64,000 nucleotides of DNA from Marsupella aquatica (Eukaryota > Plantae > Marchantiophyta): NCBI GenBank assembly GCA_973895155.1, contig OZ316897.1, positions 3,814,211 through 3,878,210 on the forward strand. The letters are read 5' to 3'. Every line of letters starts with the position of its first letter. Position 1 is the first letter of the stretch. The position numbers and the translations under genes were made by a program. Below the pieces are notes generated by a model. That model did no database searches and was not told the DNA's origin. It was given only the letters and a program-made list of their open reading frames with translations. Shown piece by piece: positions 1-11,958 of the stretch.

Positions 1-2660
1 CCTGCCAAGCTTTGGGTTCAACTGAAGAGTTATTTTTAATCAGCAGTCTTAGGCAAACAACTTGTATTGAGAGCTAGATTATCTAGTCATGCAGCTATTT
101 GACATCGATTTTGAGATTGAAGATAAGGAGCTCATCCGCATTGCTCTCAAAGGCCTGCCAAACAGCTAGAGACCATTCATATCTTCATTTAGCACCATCT
201 TGCATCAGTTTCCCAAGCTCACGTTTTTTGATCTTATTAGCCACCTGGAAGCTGAAGAACTACAACGCACATTGAGCAAAAATACTGAAGAAGCACTGGC
301 TGTTACCGTCAACAGCTATCGTGGGAGCTCCTCCCGTGGGCGAGGCCGAGGAAGGAGCTCTAGGGGCAGAGGAAGCACCCTCCTCACATGTCAAGAAGCA
401 AGAGTCCTGAATTTTTGTGGCTTCAGCCATTTCCGGGAAAGTGACTATCTCAAGAAGATCGAAAGCCAAATCAAGGGTCTGCAGATAAAGCATGTTGACA
501 TCAAAGTTGAACTCAGGAAGGGGAAGCACAATCAGGCTCTTGTTGCTGAAACTGTAGAGGCTGAAGACTACGGTTGGGAGGAAGAAGACACTAAAGAAAA
601 TCTGGAAGTGAACTTCACGGAACTCAACATTAATGAGTCCCATAACAAGGACTGGCTCATAGATTCAGGTGCCAATGTGCATGTTATAGGAAGTAGATCA
701 ACTCTTGATCAAGTAGTTCCCTACACTTCTGCATCCAATGTAACTACCGCCTCAGGGACTTGTGTCCCTATAGCTGGTAAAGACAACACCAAATCTGGTG
801 TTAATAAAGTGGTGAAGAGAGTTTTGTACGTGCCTGGTATGACGAGAAATCTCTTGTCAACTGGTCAACTTGTTGATGCCGGTCACTCTATCTTGTTCAA
901 CTCCAATAACTGCTACGTATTGGATAAGAAAGATCCTAGCAAAATCTTCCTTCATGTTGTTCGGGACAAAAATAATAGCTTGTATAGGCTAGATTCTTCT
1001 CTTCAGGGTAATGCCAAGTTGAGCACAGAAGCCAATCTCTCTGTACTTCATTCCTTACCTGCTCCATCCTCTATGGCTTATTCTTCACCTACTACATCAC
1101 TCATTCCTTTGGGACTTTCCTAATCAGCTCCGACAGTTGCACCTGAGTCTGAAGCAGAGTTGTCCCCACTTCAACTATGGCAGTGCAGATTGGGACACAT
1201 CAATTTTCAACGTATACACAACATGACCTCTGAGAACTTGGTGAATGGAGTTCCTCTGCTCCCACTAGAGAAACATTTGTGACACGTGTGTGCTAGAAAA
1301 GCAACATCGAGAATGAATTCCGAAGAAGTCTCACGTACACTAGAGATTCAAAATCACTCAAACTCATTCACACTGATCTATGTGGACCATTTGTTGTCCC
1401 ATCACTTACTGGTGCCAGATCCCTACTTACCTTCACAAACGACTAAGTACTCTCGTTTCACTTGGACATATTTCATTGCTGCCAAAAGTGAAACCTTCTC
1501 CAGTTTAAAGCATTCAAAGCCTCTGTTGAAAATGAATTCAATTGGAATATTACTTGTATTTGTTTTGATCGAGGATGAGAGTATCTGTCTACTGAATTCA
1601 ATCAGTATTGTGATCATAATGGAATAAGACGGCAACTCACAACAGCCAGGACTTCACAACAAAACGATGTTGCAAAGAGAAAGAATTGGACACTTTTGGA
1701 AACAACTAGAAGTCTCCAAATTTTTGGCCACATTCCTGATTTTCTTTGGGATGAACTGCTGAAGACTGCAACATTTATTCTCAATAGGTGCAAGACCTCT
1801 TCCTTGAATGCCTCTACACCCTTCGAGCATCTCAATGGTACCATACCTAATCTGTCACATCTTAGAGTTATAGGTTGCCTAGCATACGTCCATGTTCCTT
1901 GCGAATTCCGACACAAACTATCTGTCAAGTCCGTACATACATGTCTAATTGGATATGATGACAAATCAAAGCCTACCGATGTTATGATCCTCTTTGAAAG
2001 AGGGTCTACATTAGTCGTGAGGTTGTCTTCAACAAACAATTCAAATTTGATTTTCAGGTCCCTCAATCTCATTTAGGTAACTCCTTTGATTCAATTCTAT
2101 CTCCGTACATTCCATTAGAGATTCCCTTGCCAAGTCAACCTGTTTCACCTGAACCCGTCACTGGTCCACAAGAATTCCAGCACTTGGAAAGCTCTCCTTC
2201 TAGAGATCTCTCCACTATGGCTGACTCCTTAGAACCTATATAGCTGATCCCTTCAGACTTGGTAGATCAAACTCCAGATACCTCAGCATCTGTTCCTGCA
2301 CCAATCCCACTGTCTCCACCAGTTTGGAGACCGTCCCAGGCCAGAGAGCTTTTGGTTCGTTTGAGAGAGGACTATGTGTTGAGCTTTAGGCCTAGCAACC
2401 TTGAAGTTTGTCTTGTTGTTGGCAATCTCAGCCAAGTGGGTACATACAGGGCCAAGCCTGAATTTAATCCAACTCGTCAATGCCTCAAAATTGCTTGTCG
2501 CCCGTGGATTTGAACAGCGCTACGACATCAACTTTGACAACACATTTGTTCCAGTAATCAAATGGGCCACACTCCTCTGGTCATTACACTTGTTGCAGCT
2601 TTAGGTTGGGAATCGCATCACATGGATGTAATCACTGCGTTCCTCAATGGGAAACTCCCA
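1..2660 (+). mobile_element. Degenerate Ty1/copia LTR retrotransposon internal region (gag-PR-INT-partial RT), truncated at both ends
   Basis: Domains appear in copia order, with frameshifts and stops: gag with an RGRGRG tract, protease WLIDSGANVH, pre-integrase LWQCRLGHINF (~1170-1210), integrase HTDLCGP...KYSRFTWTYF...LWDELLKTATFILNR...LRVIGCLAYVHVP...LIGYD, and RT motifs SAKWV, LVARGFEQRY, HMDVITAFLNG. Homology stops at ~2660. Confidence 0.93.
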
Positions 2661-2875
2661 CTAAGTGGATTCTAGCATAATTTTATTGATCAAGAATTAC
2701 TTCTACACAAAGTTTGTAATTATGTTCAGCTGTGAGTGACCAACTACTTAGTCGCACACTTGGTTGTGACTTATGTTTAGTCATGTGTGACTAAGGGGGC
2801 TTTACAAGAATGAGAGGACAAAACTGATGGGTCATTTCCAAGATTTTTCTTTTAGATTTCATCACACCAGTTCAT

Positions 2876-2975
2876 TGAGAGGTCATGCGTAGAAGCATCT
2901 CCCAAACCTACACTGGATTTCTGGTGGTTCATGAAATTGAGAGGTCATGCATAGAAGCATCTCTCAAACCTACAC
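2876..2975. repeat. Short near-tandem duplication (~40 bp)
   Basis: ttgagaggtcatgc(g/a)tagaagcatctc(c/t)caaacctacact occurs twice, about 60 bp apart. Confidence 0.8.
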
Positions 2976-4912
2976 TATTCACCACAATTAGTCTTGGTAA
3001 CACTATTTGTGTATGCATTGTACATTTGGGTTTACTCTTCAACCAACATAACCAATGTTAATTATGGAGTAATACTAATAGTATGCACACTAATTAACTA
3101 ACATTAATATAATGCTACTTCTGTTTGTGCATTAAACTATTAGGAGAGTAAAGGGAATACTCATTCATTCTCTTTGTACATGTATAACACTATTGGAGAG
3201 TTATTTAGCCTCCAGGCAAAATCAATTGAAACAATCAAGGAGCCACATTTCAAATACAATACTTCATTCAAACAATGCAGTGTTTGCACACATACAAAGA
3301 CATTGCCCCCTCACCTCTGACAGCTAGGGAAAGTCCCTTTCATGCACTAGTATGGATCACTTGGAGAATAAAACTTACTGCTAGGCAATAGAGCCTCAAC
3401 ACCTAAATTAGGGCTACCAACCATAAATTTAGGGACAAAGACTGATCCAAGATAAGACCAATACGGTGAACACGAGGGTGAACAGTGTACATGGACTGAA
3501 ATGGGTCCCTTAAAAACTGCTCCTGGAAAGTGTAGTTTTGGCCAAAGTTTAGATCACCTCTTGAGGGGGTAATTCCAAAGGACCTTTTCTCATTCTGTTA
3601 GGTTTAGTATTAAATGCAATACCAGACCTCCATTTTTGGTCAAGAGACAATCTAAATGGATTGGATCAGGTATGCATGGCGAAACACAAGTGACATCTCA
3701 GTCTTTCTGTAGGTGAAAAGGTGCAAGTGTTACCGTGTATACTTGAGAAAAGGTCACCAGAACTCTAAACTCTGTCACTTCAGCAAAGAAAAGCTACTAT
3801 AGGTGACAGTCTAGAGTGAAGCATCCAGACCTTCACTATTTTGAATATCAAGAATGTATTTTCCCGGACATAAACAAATCAAAAATCAAGGAATCACTAA
3901 GAAAAGTCACAGTTCTGTGCAGGTCAGGTGGCTTCTCGGAAGGAAAAAAAGTTGGATAAAAAGGGAAATCTGTTGTTCTTGGTTTAGTTAGAAATGACTT
4001 GGAAAGATCTCTCTGTTGAGTCCCATATCAAATACTTTTATTACTAATTTAGAAAGCTATTATTTCCAAATGAGTGTCTTGAGTGTATCATTTGAGCAGG
4101 AACGAGGGTTTAGCTGCAATCTATCCTAGCTGCAAAGTCTGTCCGAGCATTTTGACAACCTTGTAGGTCCATCTGGGCTTGTGGCCACCCGGTCTCAGAA
4201 TTATAAAAGGCTGACTCCTACAGCCTGAGGTCTTGAGTATCAGCATTTACTAGGGCCTACTACTTGCCATGTAGGATTGGTAGTCAAACACCACACCTAA
4301 CCTCAGGGGTCTCACTATATAGAGGGCCCCCATCACCAGCTACACTGTTAAGCCCTAGAATCCCTGAAATGTAAGATGGGTTTTTTTACCCCTATAAAGT
4401 TGGAATATTCTAATTTTTTAAATTTAAAAGACCTAATGTTCTTCCACAAAAAATTATAAATTTTCCCTTAGAACCAATAAAATGATCCGTGGGGTTCACG
4501 CGGAATAAATTTCAAAAAAGAAAAGAAAAAAAGAGCCAATAAAATGAGCTTAGTCTTCTTTGCATGTCCCAATTTTGTGGAATTGAAACCCTAGCACCTA
4601 ATGGCCCCCAAGTTCTTGTAAAGCCAACTATAATTGTTTTCCCTCATTATGAGGTCCAGATTAGATCTCAAAAAGAATAAAAGCAATAACGGCCCCACTT
4701 CTAGAATAGCTACCCTGAATGTTCTTGTAAAGCCGACTACAAAGGCATCCAGATTAATCTCAAAGGGAATGAGATCAAACAATGGGCCTCAATGTCTTGT
4801 AAAGCCATCTTTACAGGGTCCTGTCCCTCAATTGTTGTTGTTTTGTTGGGGGCCTCACGCCTTACCCTTGTTGTGTCCAGACTTGTGTTTTTAGGGTAAT
4901 CAATTTTCATCA

Positions 4913-5170
4913 GGGTGGTTTTACAAGATTTAGGGGGGCCTGTAATTTGTTTTCACCAAAGCATACTGGAGGATCCACTTCTTGTTCTAAACATAGTCTC
5001 TAAACCAAGATCTTTTGAAGTGAACATTCAATTAATGCAAAATCCATTGAATGAAAGAGCCACAGTTTGGAAATGTTTAGACAGGCTCTTGGAGGTAATC
5101 TAAAATTATAGACAAAAAGCACTCCACATCAACATATCCTTCAGCCCATTGCTTGCCATGTAAGATTGGT
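4913..5170. mobile_element. Diverged partial copy of the PIF/Harbinger-type MITE at 55585-56000
   Basis: Starts GGGTGGTTTTACAAGA (1 mismatch to the TIR). The internal sequence aligns by eye with ~55585-55850 (actggagg..ttcttgttcta..ttgaatgaaagagcca..tgcttgccatgta). TIR-like tcttgtaaagcc motifs also occur at ~4614, 4723 and 4796. Confidence 0.7.
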
Positions 5171-7644
5171 TAAATGAAAGCTCATATATAGCTCAAGTTT
5201 CAGTTTTTGGTATCCACATTTCACTTAGAAGACTGGTGTTGTTATGATACTTTGGTAGCAATCAAAGAGGCAATCAAAATTCCTCACAATTTTTTATGCT
5301 TCTTATTTTATGGGTCTTTATTTTAGGGCACCTACTTCTAGAAAGATCAAAATGCACCAAAACCTTGGCATTTGTCTAAGCTAGTTTCTCTTGCTGAACC
5401 TCCGACCAACTCCAACAAGGCTTTGACTTGCTACCAAAGCTGGGAACCTTGCCAAGCATAATTATTACAGGCTTTTGAGCAAAGACAACACTCACAGCGT
5501 ACACGGCAAGCCCATGGACATCCAAGGAACAAGTAGTCAACATAGAGAGGTGTGCTTCACCTCAGATGAGGCTACATCTACAAGAACCACAAGAGCTTTA
5601 TTGCACACTAGGCCCATCGGGCATATCGAGTCTCCGCAATACAAGCTCTCCCTATCTCTCAATTGGCTCCATAACATTGAGCCTCAGTTCCTCCTAACAA
5701 GCAAACACCCGCTTGTGTATATAGTGTGTAACATGACTAACCGAGAACCAAGTCCACGACTAAGGTTAGCCTAACTATGGCTGTAGTTGTAACTCTAGAC
5801 CTAAGTGAGAGTAAATGCCTAGCACAGGTGAAACACAAATTGAGGCCTTAAAATCTATTGCTAAATAACTTAGGTAACTCTCTTTGCTTCCAAGTGAGGT
5901 ACAGGCCCGGGTACATGGTTTAGGGCTAAAAAGTTAGGTTTAAAGTCATAGTTTTTACTATGATACACAAAAGAATCCATTATGTAAACTGAATTTTGTC
6001 ATTGGTAAGTTGCGCTGATCACAACAGTGGAAGTCTGAATCCTACAGAAGTGTATACACCATTCCAAAGCAGCCCTTGCTAGGAACAAGGAACCTCAATC
6101 TTTCCCAAAAGCACAGCTGCTCACTCATGGCCACAGCACACTCATGAAAAAGCTTGACAACAAAATTGTATGGAATGTGTGTGCCACCTGGGATTAGATG
6201 TTAAATAGGTGTAATTAGTACAATAAATCACCATTTTGAAATGTTATCCTCTGCGCATTGCACAAAGGGACAACTAAGAGACTTAGTGGGAAGCCAATAT
6301 TGAGGCCAATATGCTCAACTAGGCTCACTTTGACAAGGACGAAGAATGGATTGAAGGATTGTTGTTAAAGTCTGTTAATTGCCAATGAAAGGAAAGTTCA
6401 GTACAAGATGGAAATTTTGCTAGAACCTAAGTAGCTCTCAAGCGAGCTGCATACAATGGCAAAGAGAAGTAATCCATGACGCAGCCAAGGAGCTCTGGTC
6501 TGAGTAAGTACATACTCATCCCATTGTAATCTGGTTTCAATCCACTTTCAATCTGGTCTCAATACATTTTTTCTTTGCTCACTTGACCCAAAACCAATTA
6601 TTCTAAACTCGATCTGGTCCTGTATTTGTAAATTTGATTCATTACATAACTAATTACTCTATGACCGTCTGTTGCAGAGTATTGTTAAATTGAATTATGT
6701 TGAGTGGAAGTGTTGTCCAACATAAGTGAGATGATCAGGTAGTTGAATGCTGAGGAGCTGGCAAGTCAACCTGGCAATTGGATTTCAAGGAGTGTGTATC
6801 CTAAGGGAGAGTGAATGGTTGGGTTAGGCCCATCTCAAGGTTAGGAGAAAAAGACACCTTAATAAAATTGCACCCTTCCTGTCAAAATGATATTTAGTGA
6901 ACATACCGTCAGACAATCAAAGAGTGGGATTGGCCGCTCTTATTGTGGCAGCCAAACAATAGTAATTTGTGCAGCCACATTTAGATTTTACAAAGGATAT
7001 GGCCAATCCACTCTTCATTAGTTTGTCTTATTAAGATTTTCTGTTGTGTATTTTTATTTCAATGTGCCAAAACAAGGTGCATCACTTGTATCTAGATTCT
7101 AAATTATTTTGGCACTTCTCTTAATGTCTTTAGTCTTGCTATCCCAGATCTCCCCTTTCACATTGCATTTAGACTTCAATACAGTACATCCAAGCACTTC
7201 AGTGAATTTTATGGAATTTTTGGCATTGGAGGAAGATTCTATTTGTTGGAGTAAATGATAGAGAAATATTCTTAGAGATGTGGACACCTCCTTTAAGTTC
7301 TCCTCTTATGTGCACGACCTAGTGTGTATCTTCTCTACCTCTTATGTGCACAACTTTTAATTGATTTGACTGTCATTAGGGCAAGTGAGTATCTATAACT
7401 TATGTGCATAACTTTTCAAGACTTGTGCACTTGTACTTTTACACCTCATTATGTGAAATATACGTTTCTTTGGCATATGCTATACTTCTACTCTTGTATT
7501 TTATCCTACTATGCAACAGCCATCCACACATCACTACAAGACGAAAAATGAAGCATGTTCCAGGATGAACATGCTATAGTTTTAAGCTAAACATGCTAGA
7601 TGCAGACCATGAGAAAAAAGAGTGGGATTGCATGTTATAGTGTT

Positions 7645-7970
7645 TAGACTAACAATTTTCAATTCTCCCTTCAAGTCACACAATTAGAACCTACTAGTGG
7701 ATACTTGTAAAGGCTGGTAGAGTGACCAATTTCCAGATTACAAGGTTCAGTCCTTCCAAAACAAAAATGACATACGTGGCACTGCTAACAACATGCATGG
7801 AGAAGTAGAGTATTTTCCACCATGTTGTTAGCCTCCACTTCTGTTTTTGTTTTGGAACCACTGAGAGAAGCCCACGTCTAGGAATTGGAGAGTGTACCAG
7901 CCTTCACACTCATTAGCCCAGTAGGTTCTAATTGTGGGATTTGAAGGGAGAATTGAGAATTGTGAGTCTA
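7645..7970. mobile_element. Foldback MITE (~325 bp, almost entirely an imperfect hairpin)
   Basis: The left arm tagactaacaattttcaattctcccttcaagtcacacaattagaacctact... is the near reverse complement of ...agtaggttctaattgtgggatttgaagggagaattgagaattgtgagtcta. Complementarity continues to the centre (ctaacaacatg / catgttgttag). TA lies at both ends. Confidence 0.8.
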
Positions 7971-9487
7971 ATCACAAAACTTCACTTCTCCAATTTCCTC
8001 CACTTGGCTTTTCTTGAAAGCTCCCAAAACCTTGTTGTGGCCATCCATTCGAAAGCACTTTGCGTCTCCACTTTTTCTCCGTCTGAAGTTTCTCAGAACA
8101 TGGGTCTGCCATTCCTCACGAGTATTTAATGCGATTTGCGTACCGGTCTCACTCTGCCAAACGGTCTACGCGGCGACAGCATGACTGAAGACTCTGTCTT
8201 CGTCAAATCCGATGCAGTTATCTAGGCATTAGTTTACACTAGATCTGCCAGAATGATCCAGAGATGTACTCTAGACTCTGCTTTCCAATGTCTGGATTAG
8301 ATCACATCTCCTGAGGTTGAAATAATTCGGTGCCAAAACAACTAGATATGGGTTAGATTGCATCCATCTGCACAGTGGTGGGCAGTGGTGGGCCGATGTT
8401 GCCACTGCTGCTCCTCCTGCTCCTCCACCTCGACTCTGTGTTGGACTTTCGCGACCTCCGGGTCCTCGAGGTTGAGCTAGATGCGAGGAAGGTGCACAGA
8501 ACAGCAAAAATTCGTCGCCGCTCTTCGGATGAAACACGGAATTGGGTGATGATTGGAAGGAAATATTCCGCCGATCGTTGTCGCTTCTGGGTATTCGAGC
8601 AGCAACCAAACTGTGATGATTGCTGACAAAGGGTAGTCTGCTGCTGGTTGGCTTGCTGAGAGTGAGATTGGGTGGAGCGATTAGGTCGTCGTGGCTCAGA
8701 TTCCCGTCCAATTTCCATTAAACATCTGAGAGTGAGAGCTGTGTCAAGTTTGTGTCTGGAGGATCAGAAAGTTTCGTATGATTATGTATTGTGCCACACG
8801 GGGCATCTAGATGCACAGTTTTCACCGAGGAAGATAGATCGCGTGGAGATTGGTTGTTCCATTGTGAAGTTCTTGTGGGTGAGAGTTTTCGCAATTTTAA
8901 ATCCGTGCTGATTGGCCACTGGTTCAGTGAAAAGGGATTCTACTTTCTCAATCGAGGAGGACAGTTGAGGAGGATTTCCTCATGCTCTGAACGGTTGGGT
9001 GTCGAGAGATCCAACCCCATCACTCTCCCTGGTGGATGAAATTATTCTGTCTGGTAATTTCTCTTGTTGATTTAGGTCTTGGTTTCGAATTCATTCGGTT
9101 ATGCATTTGGTCATGAATCCCCATCCTACTGGTCTGCATTGTAGGTCCCGAACTATGCAAGCATCTGTCCGTTCTTTCTCTGTCTGCCATTCTCCTTTGT
9201 GAGCTCGGGTCTTTTTGTTCTGCATCCATTTATCCACCATCATCCCATGGAGTGGATGAACGAAATCAATCAAGCATTCATTCGCTGTTTTGATTCGAGG
9301 TTTTGCAGCCATTGACCGGTTCGGTTCCCCTGGGTTTACAGAGAGTGATTGTGTTAAGCTGTTCATTCTCCTGAGTTGTATGTGGCCCGGGATTTGCGTA
9401 TCTGCAGAGAGGCAAGGGTTGCAGGGCGTGGACTGTGTGACGGGGTGCCATCACTGAAGTCTTGCAGACCTTCAGCAGCTGTAGAAT

Positions 9488-10306
9488 ATGTCCGAACTCC
9501 AGAAAATGTCCCTATCCTCCCAGACCATCGTCGTAGATGCAGACCAGGCTCTTAATGAAAAGTATAAACAGCGGATTAGTGCTGAGAAGAAGACACAGGC
9601 AACTCTACAACGGATGCAAAAGGATTTCTTAGGTTCAATCAACGCCTACGCTTTGGTGTTGGTGCTTCTCGCCACGGTAACTTATGCTGGATTTCTGCAA
9701 CCACCAGGCGGAAGTAGCTTTGCTAACCGAGCTTCTACTAAACCGTCGGGGTACATCAACAATGAGTTGGCCACTCAAATTTTCATTTACTTCAATTCAT
9801 CCTCCTTTTATCTAGCCGTGGCAGACCTACTACTCTGTGTGGGCAGCTCGCTATCACCCCTGACGAGCATCACCACATGGAAGGATGAGGTTCCGGCAAC
9901 ACATGTCTCTGGAGGAGGGCACGTTTCCCTGCAGACGGAGCAAATCACCACCAAGCAGCTATCTCAATTCGTGGCATCGACTCTCTTTAAACTCATATGT
10001 GTGAATGTAATATTTGCCATTGCCCTTGTATGTTGCGTGGGTGCATTCACAGCTGCTGGATTTGCTGTGACACAAGGTAGGAGTAAGACTGACGGTTATA
10101 GTGGCAGTAGAGTGTCTGTGCTGGTCACATCAGTCATCGGCGTGTTCTTCTTCATGATCTTCATGGTTTGGCTTCTGCGGGACACGGGCAGATTTGTGAG
10201 CAAGGCCCTGAGCGACAAGTCTTTGAGTACATCCTTACAGAACAGAGCTGGCAGTCTTCAAGTCCAGTTTAGGTATCTTAATGCAGTTGATTCAGGATTC
10301 CAGTGA
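9488..10306 (+). CDS. PGG-domain membrane protein (no ankyrin repeats visible)
   Basis: 272-aa ATG ORF with the PGG signature LVLLATVTYAGFLQPPGG, followed by FIYFNSSSFYLA and further hydrophobic helices (about 4 TM segments). Confidence 0.78.
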   Translation: MSELQKMSLSSQTIVVDADQALNEKYKQRISAEKKTQATLQRMQKDFLGSINAYALVLVLLATVTYAGFLQPPGGSSFANRASTKPSGYINNELATQIFIYFNSSSFYLAVADLLLCVGSSLSPLTSITTWKDEVPATHVSGGGHVSLQTEQITTKQLSQFVASTLFKLICVNVIFAIALVCCVGAFTAAGFAVTQGRSKTDGYSGSRVSVLVTSVIGVFFFMIFMVWLLRDTGRFVSKALSDKSLSTSLQNRAGSLQVQFRYLNAVDSGFQ

Positions 10307-11958
10307 CGGGTGAGTGAGACAATATTCACCTGTTACGAGTACTGGTTGCGTGACCATCTCATGGCCTGCACGGATGTCAACTACAAGAGGTTGCCTGGAA
10401 ACTTTGTGAGACCAACATGGATGATCATTTTGGTGATGATACGCTCCTCGGTGATTTGAGTTGCGGACACATCTCCGAAATTATCATAAGTTGTGATTCT
10501 TTACTCCCACATGCCAGACTGAAGTCAGCTGGGCACATGAGAAGAACTTTGTCAGATTGGACATTGTAATATGTAGGACCTCCTGGAGGGGATTGTGGTG
10601 CCATTTCAAGGACTTTTGAATCTATAGCATCAATGGGCAATCTGGAGAGCTTTCATACCTCAAAGAGGTTGAATTCTTTGGTTTTGGAGGAGCGTTCGAC
10701 TTTGAACGCCACAGGCCAGTCTGGTCATACCTTCAACACCTTGTCGAAGAGATTTTCCTTCATTAAGTTTTAATATATTCGTCACCTATCGTGAAATTCC
10801 TCCATACTTTGCCGAGCGACGCACAGAACTCATTGGGAGAAGTGTTGACCGTCAAGTGCAGATGTGTGATGCGTTCCAACTTTGAAGTGTAATCAAATTT
10901 ATCGAAATCCGCTGAGTTTGATTGCATTGAATCATTGTTCACGAGAATTCTGCTCGTTTCTCGAAGTGCTACTCGCACAGAACCCCCGAAAAAATTGTGA
11001 GTGTAGTGTGAGTAGTATTGGGGAAAAGTAAAGATCTTTGCAATGACGGATTCTAACCCGGATCCAGCGTTCGCAAGACAAGCACTTGTCTGGTGAAAGG
11101 AGGTCGCTCAATGAGGATGCTATCAGTGCCGATGTCGCATCATTGAGGCAGTTTAAGTCTGTCGTTGTATAGACATTCTTTGAAAGAATAATCTTGATTT
11201 GATAGTCGTTTTCGGTATTGGTAACTCTGGGAAGAACGATTCTATCTTCTTCAGGTCCAGCTAATCCACTGACAAAACATGGAGCATTTCCCTTCATTCT
11301 GCTCCACAGCACTAAAGAACATCGTCGAGTTGGTTCCTGGGAAGCCTGGCAATAACGTGTTCATGTACTTCCTACTCATGTTGGAGAAACGATCTGTTTG
11401 AGAGAGTCGGTACTATCAATGTTAGATGGAGCCCGCTATCAACAAGGTACAGCCTAAGGTATGGCACACGAAGTAATCACGTAGGATAAAGGTGAAAGGT
11501 TCACTTCTGTTCTCAATTGGCGTGTGCTGACTTATCTGTGGGTGTCGTTCTTCAAATCACGATGAACATTTTCTTGGGTGTTCAATTTCGGTTCATCGTC
11601 TCGCACTGGTGAAAACATTATAAGACGAGGCGCTCGTTTACGTGTCTAGTGTTCTGTATTTTTGCTTACTTATAGCGTCTCAGTGCCAGTCTGAGTAACA
11701 CGTTTGAATTCTTGTGAAAATATTTACAACTAACAATGCCCAAGAGTTCATAGCTGCCACCTCCATTGACAACCTGGCAGTTTCCAACTTTGAAGACCAA
11801 TGATTCTGTTACATTTCTCGTACTTCACATCTTCATAGCTGCACCCATGATCAATTGGGCATTTCTTTAATTTCCTAGGTGCTGTCGAGCAGAGGCTAAT
11901 TCCCTGCAGCGTCATCCCGATGCTGTGCTTCCATAATAGAATCATGAACTGACTACGA

